Part shown: one piece after another, positions 58,949 through 64,000 of the stretch
Layout of the letters: each line of letters begins with the position of its first letter
How positions within the stretch are numbered: position 1 is the first letter of the stretch
Assembly (NCBI RefSeq): GCF_000143415.4
Contig: NW_003314383.1
Coordinates: 186,001 to 250,000, forward strand
Reading direction: 5' to 3'
DNA from: Selaginella moellendorffii
Taxonomy: Eukaryota > Plantae > Lycopodiophyta
DNA length: 64,000 nt
Notes under the pieces: model-generated
What the model saw: the letters and a program-made list of their open reading frames with translations, nothing else
Told to the model about the DNA's origin: nothing
The model's database searches: none
Made by a program: the position numbers and the translations under genes

Positions 58949-61140
58949 TGTGAGACACAAAATCCCTAGGTGCCAAAGTGGAGCTGGAAGGGTGCCATGT
59001 GGTAATGGCTGAAGCGAAAGCCAAACGAGCGTAACATGTTTGGACTAAAAGCTCCGCTTTGAAAGGGTGAGAGCGGGAGTGGAACTCCCAACAAACTGCT
59101 CGAGGAATGAGCACGAAGCGAGCAATAAGCGAGGCTCTAAAAAGGGACCCAAAAGGACCAACACATGACATGTGGAAGTGTCTGAGATGGAGTTCGAGAT
59201 GGACCGAGACAGAGTCCGAGATGGAGTCTGAGATGGACCTGAGATGGAGTCTGAGATGGAGTTCGAGATGGACCAAGACAGAGTCCAAGATGGAGTCCGA
59301 GATGGACCCGAGATGGAGTTCGAGATGGAGTCCGAGATGGACCGAGATGGAGTCCAAGATGGAGTCCGAGATGGACCCGAGATGGAATCCAAGATGGAGT
59401 CCGAGAAGGACCCGAGATAGAGTCCGAGGTCGAGACCGAGACCGAGACCGATACTGAGACCGAGACCGAGACCGAGACTGAGACCGAGACCGAGACCGAG
59501 ATTGGGACCGAGACCGAGACCGAGATCGGGACCAAGACCGAGACCGAGGCTGAGGCCGAGGCCGAGTCCAAGTCCGAGTCCGAGTCCGAGTCTGAGTCCG
59601 AGTCTGAGTTCGAGTCTGAGTTCGAGTCCGAGTTTGAGTCTGAGAGGGTGAAAGCCCAAAGTGTTCGTCTCCTAGACCCTGGGGGGTTTAGTGAGCTCCA
59701 AAAGTATAGTAAGGGGGAGGACTACAGTGGAGCCAGTTTGGCCAGGAAAGGCTAGTTTGGCCCAGGAAGGCTGTACCCAGTGTTGGGTGATGAGCTGCCC
59801 ATTGGGAAGTCCAAGACTAGAGTGAACACAGACCGACAAGTGGGGTAGCTTGGTGAAGTGTTCAAGAGCCAGCTCTAGTTCCCCCAGGAGATCGACTGGC
59901 CGATGCTCCCAGTACAAGTGTGGGTGGCACTACCTACTTGGATACTAGGCGTGGCTCAACAAAACCTCGCTCTAAGCCCATGGCCAGAGCACCCAAAGGC
60001 GGAAGGCGGGGAGAGTACCCACGAGGCTTGCGTAAGGCCATGGTGTTCCGAAATGTTGTCCCAAGGGCCCAGATTGTGGAAAGGAAGAGAAGTAGTCCTC
60101 TGGTGTGGTGACTGAGGATACAGTCGTGCAGTGAGGAAGTCCCAGAGGACTGTGGGACTTAGTGGTCGGGCCTGTGGGCCTTGATCCAGTGGCAGTGTTG
60201 GTGAACACGGCCAAAGACAGAAAGGGACTTGGTGGGGACTAGAAAGGAGATATTGGGGAAGGCTATTCCCCATGTCTGCCGGCATCCTAAGGATGCTAAG
60301 GAGTGGATCTGGGATGACCACTCATGGACAGATGGCCCAGAGACGGAATTGCAATGCAGGTGGTGTTGGACCACCGATGTGACCAAGGTGGTTGGGCATG
60401 GCCTAGCGTAACGGGCTGGTATGTTGGTGGTGCCTTGGGGTGTCGGTCATAGGACTGGACACGTGGAGCACTTGGACCAAGTGCAAAGGTTGAGTGGCAT
60501 GGATGCCATTCTCGGGGCTAGAAGCCCCAAGTCCTGAGTGGGACTTATGGAGGTTGTGAATGAGACTCCTCCAAGTGGTCGGAGGTGCGGTTAAGTGACT
60601 AAAGTAAAATGGAAAAATTAGTCGCTTACAGGGGGCTGTAGGGGGTTCCAAATGTATAGTAGGGATAGTGGGTAGGTTGGGCATGGCCAACTAACCTGAG
60701 GCATAGTCTAGCTCCTACTTGCGTGCCTGTCTTTGTTCTGCGTTCGGCTTGGGTCTAAGCCTAAGTTCCATTCCATGCTAGCTGGTGGAATACCCATGCC
60801 CTTGTGTTAGGCCACCGGTATGCCAAAATAGTGCTAGACTTCGTTTGGCTCTGTTTTGCGTGCTGGTCCTAGTAAAGGGATGTTAGTTGCTCTAAGACTG
60901 TTCCAAGTCACTCTATGCTTTTGTTCCTTTGCTCCTTGGGCTATATGCTCGGGAGTTGCTCCGTGGTCCGGTTCCATCACTCCTTGGCTCCATGCTTGGG
61001 AGTTTGGCATTGTTCCTTTGTTCAGTGGCCCAAGGCCTTGAACCTCGGGTTCCACACCATTGTCCTTTGGACACGTGGCATGTGACACATGGCATATGAC
61101 ACATGGCACATGGAGGGTTTAGGTTCCGCTTCGTGGTGTT
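58949..61140 (+). mobile_element. Long LTR of family B (3' boundary approximate)
   Basis: TG start directly after the PPT; homologous to 1-350 and 1642-2275 but retains CpG. Confidence 0.6.
59183..59645 (+). repeat. Compound hexamer array: GAGATG-GAGTCC units, then (GAGACC)n, GAGGCC, (GAGTCC/T)n
   Basis: Direct reading; explains the low-complexity ORFs on both strands. Confidence 0.92.
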
Positions 61141-61179
61141 ATCTTATGATAAATCACCATAGGATAAAGGCTAAAAACC

Positions 61180-62245
61180 ACATGTGCTACACCTTGGCAT
61201 CAACAACTTCTTATTAATGTTGCTGCAGTGGAAGGTTTGGACACCGAGATGCATCCAAAAAATGAGGAGTTACGCGAGTAATAGAGGGATCTTGCGCAAA
61301 TAAATTAGTGACCCCTCCATCTTTCTTTCGAGAGTATCATCAAGGGGTCCACTCGCACTAGTTCATCCAGTGTTTATTTTCCAAACTCATTTTTATAATA
61401 AGAGGTCTCATATTATTCTCTCCATGTTGGTTAATATAGGTTTAAGTTTATTTTCTACTGCTTGACTTTTTGCCACATATTCCCTTCTACACTTGTGTTG
61501 TGTAGTGGAGCCAATTTTCATTCTTTATGGCAATAGCCATACACATACATGTGCATGAAATGAGGCAAACCTAGTTGTGCATGTGGGCAATCTCAAGTTT
61601 GGGTTGCAGTCATTGTGGGTAGTGCTGAGTCAAGCTTTGATCTCATCCTTAGTATAAATTGGTTGTAGCGCAATCATACCAAGTATGACGTTGAAGTTTG
61701 TCCCCTTGTCTCATACTTCCTTATATTCTATTCATTCCTCTCATTTCAATTCCTCTTTGTCCCTATACTTTTACTTTTGTTTGCATTATTTTTGTCTCCC
61801 CACTACTTTCTCTTATGTTTTTATCTTGTTTTGCTCTTCTCTTTTCCGATCCCTTTAACAGTCTTTGTGTTGCAACGGTTGATTGGTATGCAACACTTAT
61901 GAAGGAGTAGGCCGATCTCTTTGAATTTGACCTATCGTCTAGGGCCAAGATTGCCACACATAATCCAATTCCAATCGGGGATGCTCGTCCAATCAAGGTC
62001 CCTGTTCGTTGTCGATCACCCAAAGAAATCAAGATTTTACATGCAAACATCAAGGAGATGTTGGAAAAGGGTGTTATTCGAAAGTTGTGGAGTCCTTGGG
62101 CATATGAACTTCATCTTGTGATGAAACTTGATGGGAGTGTTTGTTTTTGCATTGACTATTGTTTGTTAAACGAAGTGATGATCCTGGATATGTACCTTCT
62201 TCCTCATTGTCAACCGTATATATGGTTATATTTTCACACTTGAGG
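61180..62245 (+). mobile_element. Ty3/gypsy protease and reverse-transcriptase remnant
   Basis: FDLILSINWL near 61636; IPIGDARPIKVP...IKEMLEKGVIRKLWSPWA...KLDGSVCFCIDYCLLNEV...DMYLLP; stops and frameshifts. Confidence 0.85.
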
Positions 62246-62597
62246 TTGCTTTTGTGAGTACTGATGTATTTCTAAGCTAGAAAAAGGTGAAAAATGAAGA
62301 AGCTCGCTGAAGAAGCTTCCTAGGAGTATTTTGTCTAGAGAGAGAAAAAGTGTTGGATTTCAAAAGTGAGAATTTGAAGAAGTTTTTTTCTATGAAGTCG
62401 AAGATCTTATCAAGGGAAGTTTTTCGGTGGTGAAATCAAGTTGATCGGAGTTGTGGATGAAGAATTATTAGCTAGAAAAGTCTCAGCCATTGGTTGGTGT
62501 TTAAGTTTTTGGTAGTTTGAAAATTAGGTATGGCCATTCAGTTATTTTACAGTTTTCTCTCTCTGGTTCTTGAGTTCATTCTGCTCAAAGATGGGGG

Positions 62598-62697
62598 NNN
62601 NNNNNNNNNNNNNNNNNNNNNNNNNNNNNNNNNNNNNNNNNNNNNNNNNNNNNNNNNNNNNNNNNNNNNNNNNNNNNNNNNNNNNNNNNNNNNNNNN
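62598..62697. other. Assembly gap (100 N)
   Basis: Run of N. Confidence 1.
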
Positions 62698-62978
62698 TAA
62701 CCGGGCCTAAGGAAAAGGCCAGTCATCTGCAGGCATCTGCAGTAAGCATCCTTGCCACAGTTGGTTCTCAGTCTAGCGGATTTAATTTTCTAGATTTTTC
62801 TACTAGGAGGGCAGAGCAGAATCGAGGCCGTTCTGAATGAGCAGCGAGGAGACTGTTATAAAACTCGCCTAAAACCAGCCCTGAAACTAGTCCGAGGACT
62901 TCAGACTCAAGTTTGAATTGGCAGGAGTGGGGGCCATTTGAACCAGTCTCGCCCACACCTCAAGCAGTAAATCCTCAA

Positions 62979-64000
62979 ATGGCACAGCCTGCCAACGCGA
63001 GGATGAAGTATCCAACATTACACAGACTGACAATCCAAACACTCACATAACTGCTTTTGAAAATGTTAGCACAGCAAATCAGGAGCAAGCAGATGCTATG
63101 AGAGTCCATCTGTTTCCGGTGACGTTGCTGGGAGCAGCAGCAGAGTGGTATGGTCAAGCGAATGCAGTAGCAGCCTTTGCAGCCTGGGTGGACCTCAAAA
63201 CGGCATTTCTCAATGCTTTCTGTCCTATGGGATTCAAGTAGCATATCAGCGACGAGCTAAATTCAATTCAATTGTTACCTGGAGAGACATTGCAAAATTA
63301 CGTTCTTCGTTACAAGAGGCTGCTTGCAAGGAAAGATCCACAGCCTCCTGCCGACGACCAAGTCCGTTGGCTCTTGAATGGGTTGCTATTTGAGATCGGG
63401 TTTCACGTGAAGGTGTAGAGACCGGCAGATTTGAATGCAGCAGTGGAGCACGCAGCAACATGGAAACAGGCCTGGATGTCATCGCGAAATGTTGCAACTG
63501 CAGCTCCAGTAGCAACATATGGTAACTTGTTCTCACCAAATATTGCACAGTACCAGACTGGTGTGCTTGGAGCCGTAGCAGCTCCACCTTTGATTCTGGT
63601 CCAGCTGTCAGTTCTCCAGTTACCTGCAGTAAACACGACTGGATTTGAGAGCCAACTCACGAAAGTGAAAGAAGATGTGGTGGAGACACTTACCAAGAAG
63701 AAGGCAGAACTCCAAGTGAGTCTGGTTCAAGGTTTGGGAGCTCCAACTCGGCCGGTGCATGAGAGAGCTGAGATCTGGTGCATTAAGTGTCAAGGATATG
63801 GCCACTATCCTAGTGAGTGTCTGAATCTGGTTCCGGCAAAAGCTCCTTGTCCGTATTGTGGGAAGTTCGGCTACAAGCCTGAGAAGTGCTTTTTTCATCC
63901 AGCTCGTGTGACGCCCAAGTTCCAGCAGCAACCTATAGTTGCAAGCTATTACGTTCAACCACAATTTCCACAACAGCACGTTCAACCACAATTTCGCCAT
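62979..64000 (+). mobile_element. Ty3/gypsy gag pseudogene running off the window end
   Basis: FPVTLLGAAAEWY...WVDLKTAFLNAF...QLLPGETLQNYVLRY; zinc knuckles CIKCQGYGHYPSEC and CPYCGKFGYKPEKC; in-frame stops. Confidence 0.85.

Noticed and set aside
59183-59645. CRISPR-like regularity
   Set aside because: No unique spacers, no cas genes, eukaryotic context
58848-59659. Long ORFs on both strands (LGLGLG, SVSVSV, RDRDRD)
   Set aside because: Products of the hexamer array; no coding signal

Overview
Eukaryotic land-plant nuclear DNA. The very short GT-AG introns (about 45-60 nt), extreme gene density, intronless PLS-class PPR gene and plant tRNAs suggest a lycophyte such as Selaginella (inference). 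There are three zones. (1) 1-8 kb is AT-rich, decayed LTR-retrotransposon sequence containing a MITE and trihelix/F-box pseudogenes. (2) About 8.5-48.6 kb is a compact island of about 20 genes: NOPCHAP1-like, RRM-LOTUS-RING, DUF1995-SAP, GH51 arabinofuranosidase, UBP, NAC, DHHC, HMA, SET, PotD/ENF2-like, DREB, PFC1/KsgA, TH1, DET2, GPDH, PPR and two tRNAs. Several head-to-head pairs have start codons only 41-62 bp apart, and one pair has overlapping CDS ends. (3) 48.6-64 kb is an accessory region. It holds a tandem pair of spliced Hedgehog-type Hint (Hog) genes that the ORF track misses (one intact, one frameshifted, plus a trace of a third). These flank an unknown BED-finger-like gene and are followed by nested Ty3/gypsy remnants and a 100-N gap. 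The best candidate for an unusual system is the Hog locus: a secreted autoprocessing Hint domain whose N-terminal cargo is only a 4-6 residue peptide ending in an N-glycosylation sequon, with altered catalytic residues and a hydrophobic C-terminal tail. Exon models were built by eye from splice signals and reading phase. Family calls come from motif recognition, not database searches.
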